From positions 28,774 to 92,773 of the forward strand of contig CAYSCZ010000005.1 in the NCBI GenBank assembly GCA_964429655.1: 64,000 nucleotides of DNA, in the 5' to 3' direction. This stretch comes from an uncultured Roseivirgaceae bacterium. Its GTDB lineage: Bacteria > Bacteroidota > Bacteroidia > Cytophagales > Cyclobacteriaceae. Numbering within the stretch: the first letter of the stretch is position 1; the number at the start of each line of letters is the position of its first letter. This document shows positions 20,352 to 30,247 of this stretch, piece after piece. The notes under the pieces were generated by a model, which saw only the letters and a program-made list of their open reading frames with translations, was not told where the DNA came from and did not search any database. The position numbers were made by a program, and so were the translations under genes.

Positions 20352-21551
20352 CTATCTGGAGGGCATGCTGGCATGGAAATCCCTAGCGATTCTGGTAGCA
20401 AAATCCTCCAGCAATCCCAATATTCTTTGCCTGTCTTTAGATTTTACAACAAATCCTATGTGATTATTCTTATTAATTCTCCAATATATTTCCGGTTCCG
20501 AAAAACCAGAAGTATCCGGGTGGACAAACTTACTTAAAGAAATAATTAATCCGGCATGTTCTCGTTCATGGTTTGGTAAGTGGTAAGGATTATTACTACT
20601 CATGCAACTCTCCAATTTAGCCCATTCAGCCCAAATATTTATTCCAGTTGCGGCTTCAACCATATCCGATATGTGTGCACCACCTACTCTTGAAGATGTT
20701 TCCAAAAAAATAAACCCGCCCGTTTCGTGGTCCCTGATGAATTCGGTGTGTGAAGCACCGTGTGTCATACCAAAAGCTTTTAATGTCCTGGCATTGATTT
20801 CATTCAATAAATGTTGCTCATGACTGTTAGTTTCCAGGGTCACAGTTTGAAATATTCCCCCACCATGCGCCACTTCGAACGGCGTATTCAGGTATTGCGA
20901 ACAAACTGAAAATATCACATCACCATGAAGTGATAGTGCGTCTACATGGAATACATCTCCCGGTCGGAACTGCTCCATCAGATAATTATGTCGTTCATCA
21001 CCCAAATCATTAATTGTATTCCAGGCTTCTTGATGATTATAAACTTTTTTAATACCGGCAGCAGATGCTTCTGAGCGTGGCTTTATCAACCAGGGCGGTC
21101 TATGAAAAGCCATGTAGTCATTAATTTCCTGGTTATTAAATAACCTGGTGAAAGCAGGAACCGGAATACCGTTTTCATAGGCTTTGATCCGCATGGCTAA
21201 TTTGTCACGAAAAAACCGAGCTGTAGATTGACCCATACCGGGTATTCGAAAGTGTTCCCTTAAACAGGCAGCTTTTTCAACATCAAAATCATCAAGAGCG
21301 ATAATCCGGTCTACCTTATGCGCTCTAATGAAGTGGGCAAATCCATTCAAAAAATGATGCTCATCCCATTTATTAGGGGTTACTTCATCCATAAAAAATA
21401 TATCATCAAGATAAGCTCTGGGCCATGGTTCATGGTCCAAACGCCTGGACGTAATCAGGTAAACTTTATTGCCCATTTCTTTACAGCCAATCAAAAATTC
21501 TGATCCTTTAAAATAGCTTGATAAGCATAGGAATGTGCCATGATGATTCAT
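20352..21551 (-). CDS. ATP-grasp domain protein (carboxylate-amine/peptide ligase family, specific function unknown).
   Basis: 399 aa. Assignment rests on the pre-ATP-grasp plus ATP-grasp fold pattern only, so it is a family-level call. Confidence 0.6.
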   Translation of the reverse strand: MNHHGTFLCLSSYFKGSEFLIGCKEMGNKVYLITSRRLDHEPWPRAYLDDIFFMDEVTPNKWDEHHFLNGFAHFIRAHKVDRIIALDDFDVEKAACLREHFRIPGMGQSTARFFRDKLAMRIKAYENGIPVPAFTRLFNNQEINDYMAFHRPPWLIKPRSEASAAGIKKVYNHQEAWNTINDLGDERHNYLMEQFRPGDVFHVDALSLHGDVIFSVCSQYLNTPFEVAHGGGIFQTVTLETNSHEQHLLNEINARTLKAFGMTHGASHTEFIRDHETGGFIFLETSSRVGGAHISDMVEAATGINIWAEWAKLESCMSSNNPYHLPNHEREHAGLIISLSKFVHPDTSGFSEPEIYWRINKNNHIGFVVKSKDRQRILGLLEDFATRIARDFHASMPSR

Positions 21552-23011
21552 ACTATGGTGTGCTTAGATAAGTATTGTGATAATAATAAAACGCCATATC
21601 CCGTGGCGCTTTTCATGTTGGTAAGATTAGAGTCGGCAAATGCGGTACCCGCAATATCAAAATGCACCCATCGCTCGTGGCCCTGTGTAAAAGCCTCTAA
21701 AAATTTGGCTGCATTTATCGCCCCTGCTACCGGTTTTCCACTGAGGTTTTTGATATCTGCCACATCCGATTTCAAATCTTCGTCATAGTCATTCCAAAGG
21801 GGTAATTGCCAGGATTTTTCCCCTGTCTTTTCCCCAGCCTTATAGAATTCCTGAACAAGTTGATTATTGTTTGAGAATATCCCCGCCGCATGATATCCAA
21901 GTGTTCGGACACAACTACCTGTCAAAGTAGCCAGGTCTACGAGTGTTTTTGGATGATAATTTTTAATAATGTAGGCAATAGCATCTGCAAGAATAAGCCT
22001 TCCTTCTGCATCAGTGTCGATTATTTCAACTGACTTTCCTGAATAAGATGTAACTACGTCACCTGGTTTAATAGCTTTTCCATCAACACAATTCTCTGTT
22101 AATGGCACGGCAGCAACCAGGTTAATCGGCAATTTTAACCTTGCAGCGGTCTCTACTGCTCCAATAACTGCTGCTGCTCCTCCCATATCGCTCTTCATGT
22201 AATGCATATTTTCGGAGGGTTTTATAGAGATCCCTCCTGTATCAAATGTAACACCTTTGCCAACCAGACCAGTTAATGCCTCCTCCGGATTTCCGTTGTA
22301 CCGCATAATCACAAAATAAGGATTTGCATGACTACCCTGACTGACAGCAGCCAGTAAATTCATCCCCTCAGATTTAATTTGATCTACATCAAATACATTC
22401 ACTTCAAACCCATATTTTTTAGCCGATGTTGTAATATAGTCTTTGACATATTCTGGTGTAACGAGATTTGAAGGGCCATTCATAAGGTCTTTTATATTGG
22501 ATTGACATGTCGAAAGCTCAATAATAGCCTTTCCCGTGTCAATAGCTTCATCCATTGATGGAGAAATGATTAATTCAACATCTTCTATTCTAACATCTTC
22601 CTTCAAACTATTTTTCAATTTCCCGATATCATAATACCCGCAATAAAGACCATTAATCAATGCTTTTAAAACAACCTTTTGATCCGGGGATGCCAAATGA
22701 TCGAGCTCTATAGCAAAAGTTTGGTGTTTTGATGCTTTCCATTGCTTTGCATAGTATGAGAAATCTTTTGAAATCTCCATGAATGACTTCCCAACACCCA
22801 AACCAATAATAATAACGTTTGAATATTTAGACTTGGCCCCGGGAATTAAAGTCAAAGATTGGTCTTTTTTTGCTTGGAATGTTGGAAAGTCCTTCAAATC
22901 AAAAGTCGATTTCAATTGCTCAATTAGATTATCTTCGATATCTCTTTCAAAAAAAGGTACGATAAGTAATTGTGGGTCTTTTGCTGAATCTGTTTTCTTG
23001 GTTAGTATCAT
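21548..23011 (-). CDS. M17-family leucyl aminopeptidase.
   Basis: Contains the NTDAEGRLILADAI signature plus VGKGVTFDTGGISIKP. The start was moved to the ATG at 23011 (MILTKK), which sits 4 nt after the esterase stop. Confidence 0.85.
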   Translation of the reverse strand: MILTKKTDSAKDPQLLIVPFFERDIEDNLIEQLKSTFDLKDFPTFQAKKDQSLTLIPGAKSKYSNVIIIGLGVGKSFMEISKDFSYYAKQWKASKHQTFAIELDHLASPDQKVVLKALINGLYCGYYDIGKLKNSLKEDVRIEDVELIISPSMDEAIDTGKAIIELSTCQSNIKDLMNGPSNLVTPEYVKDYITTSAKKYGFEVNVFDVDQIKSEGMNLLAAVSQGSHANPYFVIMRYNGNPEEALTGLVGKGVTFDTGGISIKPSENMHYMKSDMGGAAAVIGAVETAARLKLPINLVAAVPLTENCVDGKAIKPGDVVTSYSGKSVEIIDTDAEGRLILADAIAYIIKNYHPKTLVDLATLTGSCVRTLGYHAAGIFSNNNQLVQEFYKAGEKTGEKSWQLPLWNDYDEDLKSDVADIKNLSGKPVAGAINAAKFLEAFTQGHERWVHFDIAGTAFADSNLTNMKSATGYGVLLLSQYLSKHTIV

Positions 23012-23015
23012 AAAT

Positions 23016-23822
23016 TTATCGTAGCAATAATGACTTAGTGTATAACCATTCAATGGCATTGGCAAACTCATTACTCCAGTACCATTCATTATGTTCCCCT
23101 TCAGGGTTGAGTGATATTTTCACATTTACGTTTGCCCTCCTACGTCTTCGTTTTTCAATTATCCTTGCAAATTTTTCCACTTGTGGCACCAATGATTTGC
23201 TTTCTTTTTCTCCGGCGTAAATATAAAATGAAGTATCGTCTGGTGGAAAGAAAGTCATTGCATGATAGTAAATAAGTGGAGATATCCACAGCGAGGGTGA
23301 AAAGATCATAAATTTACTGTATATCCTGGGTCGCCTCAATCCACACCAAATGCTGATCAACCCTCCCATTGAACTTCCACCAATTCCAGTATATTCCCTG
23401 TCGGGAAGTGTCCTGTAATATTGATCAATGTGGGGTTTTAAGGATTCTGCTAAAAACCTTGCATATCTTCTTCCATGCCCCTTACCGACCCGTGAAATTG
23501 GAAAAGGATTATACTCTTTCAACCTACTCTCATCTCCATGATCAATGGCTACGACAATTATCCCGGCTGTCCCAGCTCTAGCCATGTCCTCCAGTTTTTT
23601 ATCTATAGCCCAGTTTCCGTAGGGAGCATTTTCACCAAACAGGTTTTGACCATCGTGTAAATAAAGTACTGGATATCTTTGATTTTTTAGATAATAATCA
23701 CAAGGAAGTAAAATTCTTATTTTCCTGGTAGTATCCAGTAAAGCTATTTCAAATGCTTCGTGTACAGTCTCTATAACCGGGTAAAAAGATTTTACCCTTA
23801 ACGCTTCATGGATATTTGCCAT
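23016..23822 (-). CDS. Alpha/beta-hydrolase 'putative esterase' (PF00756-like) family protein.
   Basis: PVLYLHDGQ and GGSSMGG (GxSxG nucleophile elbow); 268 aa. Confidence 0.7.
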   Translation of the reverse strand: MANIHEALRVKSFYPVIETVHEAFEIALLDTTRKIRILLPCDYYLKNQRYPVLYLHDGQNLFGENAPYGNWAIDKKLEDMARAGTAGIIVVAIDHGDESRLKEYNPFPISRVGKGHGRRYARFLAESLKPHIDQYYRTLPDREYTGIGGSSMGGLISIWCGLRRPRIYSKFMIFSPSLWISPLIYYHAMTFFPPDDTSFYIYAGEKESKSLVPQVEKFARIIEKRRRRRANVNVKISLNPEGEHNEWYWSNEFANAIEWLYTKSLLLR

Positions 23823-23902
23823 CTTTCCTAACCCAGATTTTCTTCCAATTGAGGGTGTAAATTATGGAAAAAACCTGAATAGGTCTATACTTGATTTAAG
23901 AG

Positions 23903-24796
23903 CTATGAGCTTTTATCACTTACCTTTTGCCACTTTTCCATAATCATGGTAGAATCATTTTGCTGTTCGGAATCACTTATTAAAATACCTTTATGTTTCC
24001 AAACACCATTCTCATTTAGATTAAATTCAAATGGCACTCTGGTACCTACTAAGCCTAAATCTCCTTTATAAATCATATGGATGTTTTCGAAGTATTTGCC
24101 ATTTTTAAAATCGTAAGGGCCTGCACCCGCCTGTAATACTTCATCTCCTTCAGAATTAAATTTAACCCAAACAAAATGTGTAGGGGTGATCAGTTTAATA
24201 TATCTCACAAAGTTGGGATACTCCATCCACTGCCCGGTTCCTTCATCCTGATAAGAAATTAGTTCCCATGTTCCATGAATTTCAGGTTTGCTTACCGGAT
24301 CATTTTCTACTTTGACCCATATTTCTTCAATTTTGGATGAATCAACGATGACGTTTTCGGCTTTTTCAGCATCAAACTCCATAACTTTTGCATATCCGGT
24401 ATGATACCATTTTCCATCTTTAAACTCCGCTTTAAATGGAATGGATTGACCCAGTTCATTTGAACCAGGTGGCAGGAAAAATTTAATGCTTTCCGTGTAT
24501 ACCTGACCCACTAAATCATAGGTACCGCCTCCCATTCCAATCAGATTATTATTATCCGTTTCATAACTAATCCAGGTAAAATGATCTGGAGTGATGTATT
24601 TTTGGTAAATAACAGATTCAGGGTAAGATTCCCATTCTGTACCACCATTGGGATGGTCAATATATTTTGAAAGTCTCCATGTACCTACCAAATTAAAATC
24701 TTCTGATTTACCTATGGCAGATTTATCTTTTTTAGATGATTCCCCACAACCTATAAATAAAAATATTAGCAGTGATGATAAGATGATATTATTCAT
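23903..24796 (-). CDS. Lipoprotein of unknown function with two tandem homologous domains.
   Basis: Lipobox LFIGCGES. The blocks GTWRLSKYIDHPNGGTEWESYP...HFTWISYE and GTWELISYQDEGTGQWMEYPNF...HFVWVKFN are clearly paralogous. Confidence 0.5.
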   Translation of the reverse strand: MNNIILSSLLIFLFIGCGESSKKDKSAIGKSEDFNLVGTWRLSKYIDHPNGGTEWESYPESVIYQKYITPDHFTWISYETDNNNLIGMGGGTYDLVGQVYTESIKFFLPPGSNELGQSIPFKAEFKDGKWYHTGYAKVMEFDAEKAENVIVDSSKIEEIWVKVENDPVSKPEIHGTWELISYQDEGTGQWMEYPNFVRYIKLITPTHFVWVKFNSEGDEVLQAGAGPYDFKNGKYFENIHMIYKGDLGLVGTRVPFEFNLNENGVWKHKGILISDSEQQNDSTMIMEKWQKVSDKSS

Positions 24797-25021
24797 AACA
24801 GAGTGATTTTGAAATTCAATAATAACTTCATTTTATCATAAATTAACAAATTCCATGATGTTATGCAACTTTATAATATTTTTTCAAAGGGATTAACGCA
24901 GCTGTTTAATTAAAACTTTTTATATTAGTAGTTATCGAGGATTTAATGTTGATAGTCTTATTGAAACTACTTGATGAGTATCAACGTTTTCCCCGTATTT
25001 AGTAACAATTAATTATCAGCT

Positions 25022-25438
25022 ATGGTTAAAGGGTTAATCATCTGTGTAGATGATGAAAAAATTGTTCTTGACACATTAAAATCACTTCTCTTAAAACCTT
25101 TCGAGAATTACTACCTTGAGTTTGCTGAAAGTGCGGAGGAAGCACTTGAAGTCCTTGAAGAATATGAGGATGAGGAAATTACAACCTTAGCTGTGGTTAC
25201 TGATTGGCTAATGCCAGGAATGAAAGGTGATGAATTTTTGGTAAAAGTCCACAAAAAATATCCTAAATCGCTTAAAATTATCTTGTCAGGTTTAATTGAC
25301 GAATCAGGTCTGAGGAAAGCTAAAAAAGAAGCCAACTTATATAAATTTTTTTCTAAACCCTGGGATGCTAATGAATTAATCCGATCTATTAATAATGGCC
25401 TGCAATCAAATTTTGATTGTGAAGAACAGTTGATCTAA
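25022..25438 (+). CDS. Single-domain response regulator (CheY-like receiver).
   Basis: VDDE acidic pocket, phospho-acceptor Asp in VVTDWLMPGMKG, and a conserved Lys in FSKPW. 138 aa with no output domain. Confidence 0.8.
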   Translation: MVKGLIICVDDEKIVLDTLKSLLLKPFENYYLEFAESAEEALEVLEEYEDEEITTLAVVTDWLMPGMKGDEFLVKVHKKYPKSLKIILSGLIDESGLRKAKKEANLYKFFSKPWDANELIRSINNGLQSNFDCEEQLI

Positions 25439-25506
25439 AAAACATCTTTTTTAAATAAATCTATTTTGCATATTGTTTAAATTGGTGGCTAGTAGTTAAT
25501 TCGAAT

Positions 25507-26010
25507 TTGGTTATGAAATCTATACTGTTGTTAACAGCCATGCTCATTGCAAACGCTAGTTATAGTCAGGTCAATAAAGAAGAGTTTAAATTCCTGGTCT
25601 ATGACTGGAGGGCATTTGCTCAAAACCTTGAAAATAATCCTGATGCGTTGAACAAATATTGCTCAGATGAGGTGTACAACGAGTCTGTATCAAAGATATT
25701 AAGGGAACTTCATAAGTACGATGTAAAAATCTTGAAAAACTTAAAGGATAAAACTGCTTCCGTAAGTGAGGGGTCTAATGCGGAAGACCGATGGTCGACC
25801 AATAAAGTAGTTAAAGAGTTCCAAAGAAATCATAGCATATCAATTATTCTTCTTAAAATGATAAAACTATGTGATCAATTAGAAGCAATTGATCAAAATC
25901 CCCAGGATTTCAATGATATGAAACTTTCATTATACACTGAAATAAAACAACTGGTTAGACACATTGACAAAAAAATCGAGATTATAGAGAACCAAATAAA
26001 TACCATCTGA
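25507..26010 (+). CDS. Secreted hypothetical protein.
   Basis: Signal peptide MVMKSILLLTAMLIANASYSQ. No recognisable domain. Confidence 0.5.
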   Translation: MVMKSILLLTAMLIANASYSQVNKEEFKFLVYDWRAFAQNLENNPDALNKYCSDEVYNESVSKILRELHKYDVKILKNLKDKTASVSEGSNAEDRWSTNKVVKEFQRNHSISIILLKMIKLCDQLEAIDQNPQDFNDMKLSLYTEIKQLVRHIDKKIEIIENQINTI

Positions 26011-26485
26011 CTTACCAGCATTAAAATTTAAGTCCATTATTAGTTTAATTTTATATTCATTTTGTTGGCAAAACATGCAATTAATCCTATTGATTACCAT
26101 CTTTAATTTTTTTTGAAGAACCTACCACCGGCCAGGTTTAGAATAATATGATCAGAGATGCTATCCTGGTTCTGAATTATTCAGGATTCTTTGAGATAAA
26201 AACATGAACATTCGATCGTAGAAATAAATGATAAAAGCAGGATATATCGGAGCCTTAAAAGACAATGTTCCTGAACTATCTTTCACGCCCATATTCAAGG
26301 AATAAGGAAGCTGATAGGGACTGTATATGGTAAAAAAAATTGTCACTGAAACATAACATAAAAATTGAGTTTAAAAGTGAATCTTTAAAAACATCTTTTT
26401 TTGTTTATTTGCCGAAGAATTATCCTAAAACATTAATTTAGAATTCTAATATAAAAGTATCTTTATCCCCAGATAATCCACAGAT

Positions 26486-26893
26486 ATGGAAAAAGGTTTG
26501 ATTATATGCGTTGATGATGAAAAAATGGTTTTAGACGCATTAAAATCTATTTTAAGAGAACCCTTCAATGATTTCATTTTAGAATTTGCTGAAAGTGCCG
26601 AAGAAGCACTTGAAGTAATTGAAGATTATGAAGAAGATAGTATAGATCCTTTAGTTGTTGTCACTGACTGGATGATGCCAGGCATGAAGGGGGATGAATT
26701 CCTGGTTGAATTACACATGAAGTATCCACAGGCTCTAAAAATCATTCTCTCCGGATTAATAGACGAATCAGGTATTACAAGAGCCCGGGAAGAAGCAGAC
26801 CTTTATGAATGTCTAACCAAACCGTGGGATAGTGATAAACTTGTTAAAACCATTAAGGATGGTTTGAAAAAAGATGATTTAAATGGTCTGTAA
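26486..26893 (+). CDS. Single-domain response regulator, paralog of the 25022-25438 gene.
   Basis: About 65-70% amino-acid identity to the upstream copy (LIICVDDEK.VLD.LKS ... EFAESAEEALEV ... VVTDW.MPGMKGDEFLV ... LKIILSGLIDESG). Confidence 0.8.
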   Translation: MEKGLIICVDDEKMVLDALKSILREPFNDFILEFAESAEEALEVIEDYEEDSIDPLVVVTDWMMPGMKGDEFLVELHMKYPQALKIILSGLIDESGITRAREEADLYECLTKPWDSDKLVKTIKDGLKKDDLNGL

Positions 26894-26896
26894 TGT

Positions 26897-28252
26897 CTAT
26901 TTAAAATAATCTTCCGTTAGCTCTTTTGCATCGGCAAAAAAGCTTCTGAATGCTCTTTCAAAGAAAAATTCCCTGGCTCCAAAAGCCGGCTTTAGATCAT
27001 CCAGCCATATAGCGTTTTTATCATATTTGGCAAAAAAGATATTATCAGTCCATTCAGGCACCCTGCTTTGAATAAATTTCAATACCATCACTTTTTGCCC
27101 ATTAATAGTTGATGATCCCAGGACATGAACTTTTCCAGGCTCTGCTGACATGCTGGGCCCCCTAACTGTTCTGGCTAGTCCGCTTACCTGGCTAAAGGCT
27201 TCCTGGTATATTTGATGCGCCTTAACTAACGGTACAGCAAAATAATGTTGGGCACCGGTATCTCTAGCAAGAAACATGTAATAAGGGATTATTCCCATTC
27301 TTACTTGTTCTTCCCACATATCCCTCCATGTGTTTGCAGAATCATTTATGTTTTTCATTACAGGTGACTGAGACCTGATTTGTGCTCCTGTCGATAAAAT
27401 TCTTTTTACTGCTTGCTGTGCCACATCAGTTTGCAATTCCACTGGATGATTAAAATGAGCCATAAATGCCAGACTCTTACCGGAATCCACGATCTTCGAA
27501 AAAAGTCTTATAATGTCATCACAATCCCGGTCACTTGTAAATTTATAGGGCCAATACCCCAATGCCTTGGTACCTAATCTAATATTTTTAATATGTGGCA
27601 GATCATTTTCTATTAATGGTAACAGATAACTTTCTAAGCGATCTGCAGTCATAATCAAGGGATCCCCGCCTGTAAAGAGTACATCGGTTACTTCTTCATG
27701 TGCTTTAAGGTATTTCACCATCAATTCCGTTTCCCTCATGGCAAATTTCAATTCATCAATACCTACAAATTGTGGCCAACGAAAACAGAAAGTACAATAA
27801 GCATGGCAGGTTTGACTATGCCCGGGAAAGAAGAGTATGGTTTCTCTATACTTATGCTGAATACCAGTAAGTTTGGTTCCTTCAATTTTTGGAACATTCA
27901 ACTCCATTTGTCCTGCAGGATGGGGATTTAAAAGTTGCCTTATATCATTCGCTACTTTTACCATCTCGTGTTTTTTCTTACCAGAGACAAGTATTTTTTC
28001 CATTCGCTGAAAATGCTCTTCGTTTAGCATATTCCTTTGTGGAAAAGTAAGCTTGAAAATTGGGTCATCCGGAATTTTTTCCCAGTTAATCAATTCATTG
28101 ATAACATAACTATTTACTTTGAAAGGAAGTACGCTGCCTACAACCTCAACGGACTTCATTTGATCTTCTGACAAATGCGCTTTTACCTGAGGAATTTTTC
28201 TGAAATTATTTAAAGAATAGGCTTTATATGGGTAATTATCTGCGTTAAACAT
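26897..28252 (-). CDS. KamA-family radical SAM protein (lysine 2,3-aminomutase-like).
   Basis: CHAYCTFCFR (Cx3Cx2C) preceded by a PGHSQT block, TGGDPL, and 451 aa. This matches KamA-family architecture. Confidence 0.8.
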   Translation of the reverse strand: MFNADNYPYKAYSLNNFRKIPQVKAHLSEDQMKSVEVVGSVLPFKVNSYVINELINWEKIPDDPIFKLTFPQRNMLNEEHFQRMEKILVSGKKKHEMVKVANDIRQLLNPHPAGQMELNVPKIEGTKLTGIQHKYRETILFFPGHSQTCHAYCTFCFRWPQFVGIDELKFAMRETELMVKYLKAHEEVTDVLFTGGDPLIMTADRLESYLLPLIENDLPHIKNIRLGTKALGYWPYKFTSDRDCDDIIRLFSKIVDSGKSLAFMAHFNHPVELQTDVAQQAVKRILSTGAQIRSQSPVMKNINDSANTWRDMWEEQVRMGIIPYYMFLARDTGAQHYFAVPLVKAHQIYQEAFSQVSGLARTVRGPSMSAEPGKVHVLGSSTINGQKVMVLKFIQSRVPEWTDNIFFAKYDKNAIWLDDLKPAFGAREFFFERAFRSFFADAKELTEDYFK

Positions 28253-28356
28253 TGATTAATTAAGTCAAGGATTGGCAACTCTAATCTGCAATCTATATCT
28301 GATAGATAGAAAATAAAAGATGTCAGCATTAAGACAATATTATCATGCTATTTAAT

Positions 28357-30216
28357 TTACTGATAACCCCTTGCTTGCAATGAGAAAAGTTCATAGTACT
28401 TCCCTTTTAGATTAATTAATTCATTATGGCTTCCTATTTCTTTAACCTTACCATTTTCCAGCACTATTATACGATCAGCCATTCTTACGGTACTAAATCG
28501 ATGCGAAATCAATACGGCCATTTTGCCCTCTATTAAGTCTACAAAACGCTCAAATACTCTATATTCAGATCTTGCATCCAGTGCCGCTGTAGGTTCATCA
28601 AGGATTAATAACCTGGCATCTCTCATGTAAGCCCTTCCTAAAGCCATCTTTTGCCATTGGCCTCCTGACAAGTCAATACCATTGCTAAACCGCCTTCCGA
28701 TCATCTGTTCATATTTATCCGGTAATGCTTCAATCACCTGATCAGCCAAACTGGAAACGGAAGCTTGTTTTATCTTTTCAAAGTCGTCTAGTTGATCAAT
28801 TTGGCCTACGGCAATATTTTCTAATGCTTTTAACTGGTATTTTACAAAATCCTGGAAAACCACTCCCACTGCTTTTCTGAGCTCTCCTAAATGATATTCC
28901 CTTAAGTCATAACCATCCAGTAAAATTCTTCCTTCTGTAGGATCATATAGACGGCTTAGTAGCTTGACCAGTGTGGTTTTACCTGCTCCGTTTTCTCCTA
29001 CTAAAGCTATCCTTTCTGATGGTGAAAGGATAAATGACACATCCTTCAATGCAAATTTTGTGGTATTTTGATACTTAAAGCTTACATTTTGAAATTCGAA
29101 CCCATGCCTGATTTTTTCAGGCAAAGGTCTAGGTGAATCCGGCACCCTTATCTTCGGCTTTATCTTGAAATAGTCAAAGAAATCCTTTAAATAAAGTGAG
29201 CTTTCAACAATACTCGAAAATTGGCTCAATAAACTTTCAAATAGTGACCTTAACCGACTAAATGATCCGGCCAAAAAAGTAAGGTCTCCGATGCTAATAG
29301 TGCCAGTGATCGTTTTATAAATGATATAACCAAAGGCTGAATAGTAGCCCAAGGTCCCAATAAAAGCAAAAATACTTCCCCACCAGGCCTTTTTGATGAT
29401 GAGCTTTTTATTTTCATCATAAAACTTTTCTGCTAATTCTTTAAATCTATTGGTTAGGAAATCAGAAAGACCGAAAATCTTCACCTCTTTGGCTGTTTCA
29501 TCACTAGCACCAATGTATCTGATGTAATCTAGTTCCCGTCTTTGAGGTGTCCAACGGAAGCTTAATGAATAACTTTTTTCATTATAATAGTTCTCATTTA
29601 AAAATGAAGGAATAATAGCAATCACTAATATTATAACCAGCCATGGGCTAAATAATATCAGTCCAACCGATAAAGAGGCAATGGTGATGATGTTTTGTAA
29701 CTGGCCCAGGATTTGATTAAGCAAGGCTGTTCTTGAGGTTGTCTGACGACGAGCCCTTTCCAGTTTATCATAGAACTCAGCATCTTCAAATTGCTCAAGG
29801 TCAAGATTCCCGGCATGTTTTATTAACTGTATCGAACTTTTATTAGCGAAAAGATCGGCAAGTAAACTATTGTACAATGAAACAACCCTACTTAAAATCT
29901 CGGAAGCGACAGAGAAGATCAATTCTAAAACTACATACAGTATAATATTATCATAGTTAGAGGTATTATTCTGGGTAATAAAAACAATTTCATCGATGAT
30001 GAGCTTACCAACGTACAGTTGAAGAACAGGAAGTAAGGATTTTACAATGCGGAAAAAAATATTTAATCCGGCGTATCCGGGATGGGTTTTCCAAACCAAT
30101 TTTAAAAAAGGTGGGATATTTGAAAGGGCTTTAAATTGTTGCTTTAATAAATACCTGCTCTGCGGTTTATTTTTAAAAAAAGACCGTGATTCCCTCCAAA
30201 AATTTCTGCCTCTCAT
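28357..30216 (-). CDS. ABC transporter, fused permease/ATP-binding (exporter type).
   Basis: N-terminal 6-TM exporter domain. Walker A GENGAGKTT, signature LSGGQWQKMALGRA, Walker B LLILDEPTAALD. Confidence 0.85.
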   Translation of the reverse strand: MRGRNFWRESRSFFKNKPQSRYLLKQQFKALSNIPPFLKLVWKTHPGYAGLNIFFRIVKSLLPVLQLYVGKLIIDEIVFITQNNTSNYDNIILYVVLELIFSVASEILSRVVSLYNSLLADLFANKSSIQLIKHAGNLDLEQFEDAEFYDKLERARRQTTSRTALLNQILGQLQNIITIASLSVGLILFSPWLVIILVIAIIPSFLNENYYNEKSYSLSFRWTPQRRELDYIRYIGASDETAKEVKIFGLSDFLTNRFKELAEKFYDENKKLIIKKAWWGSIFAFIGTLGYYSAFGYIIYKTITGTISIGDLTFLAGSFSRLRSLFESLLSQFSSIVESSLYLKDFFDYFKIKPKIRVPDSPRPLPEKIRHGFEFQNVSFKYQNTTKFALKDVSFILSPSERIALVGENGAGKTTLVKLLSRLYDPTEGRILLDGYDLREYHLGELRKAVGVVFQDFVKYQLKALENIAVGQIDQLDDFEKIKQASVSSLADQVIEALPDKYEQMIGRRFSNGIDLSGGQWQKMALGRAYMRDARLLILDEPTAALDARSEYRVFERFVDLIEGKMAVLISHRFSTVRMADRIIVLENGKVKEIGSHNELINLKGKYYELFSLQARGYQ

Positions 30217-30247
30217 TATTTTAGTTTCTTAACAATGTTACAATCTA

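Noticed and set aside
26161-26346. 61-aa minus-strand ORF in the 475-bp gap before the second response regulator.
   Set aside because: No conserved features, and it lies in a promoter-like AT-rich region. Treated as non-coding.
30217-30247. The 31-bp divergent intergenic between the ABC exporter and the FAD oxidoreductase as a possible mis-called start.
   Set aside because: The ABC N-terminus already reads as a bona fide exporter TM1 lead-in with no later Met available. Both starts were kept, and the promoters must overlap coding sequence.
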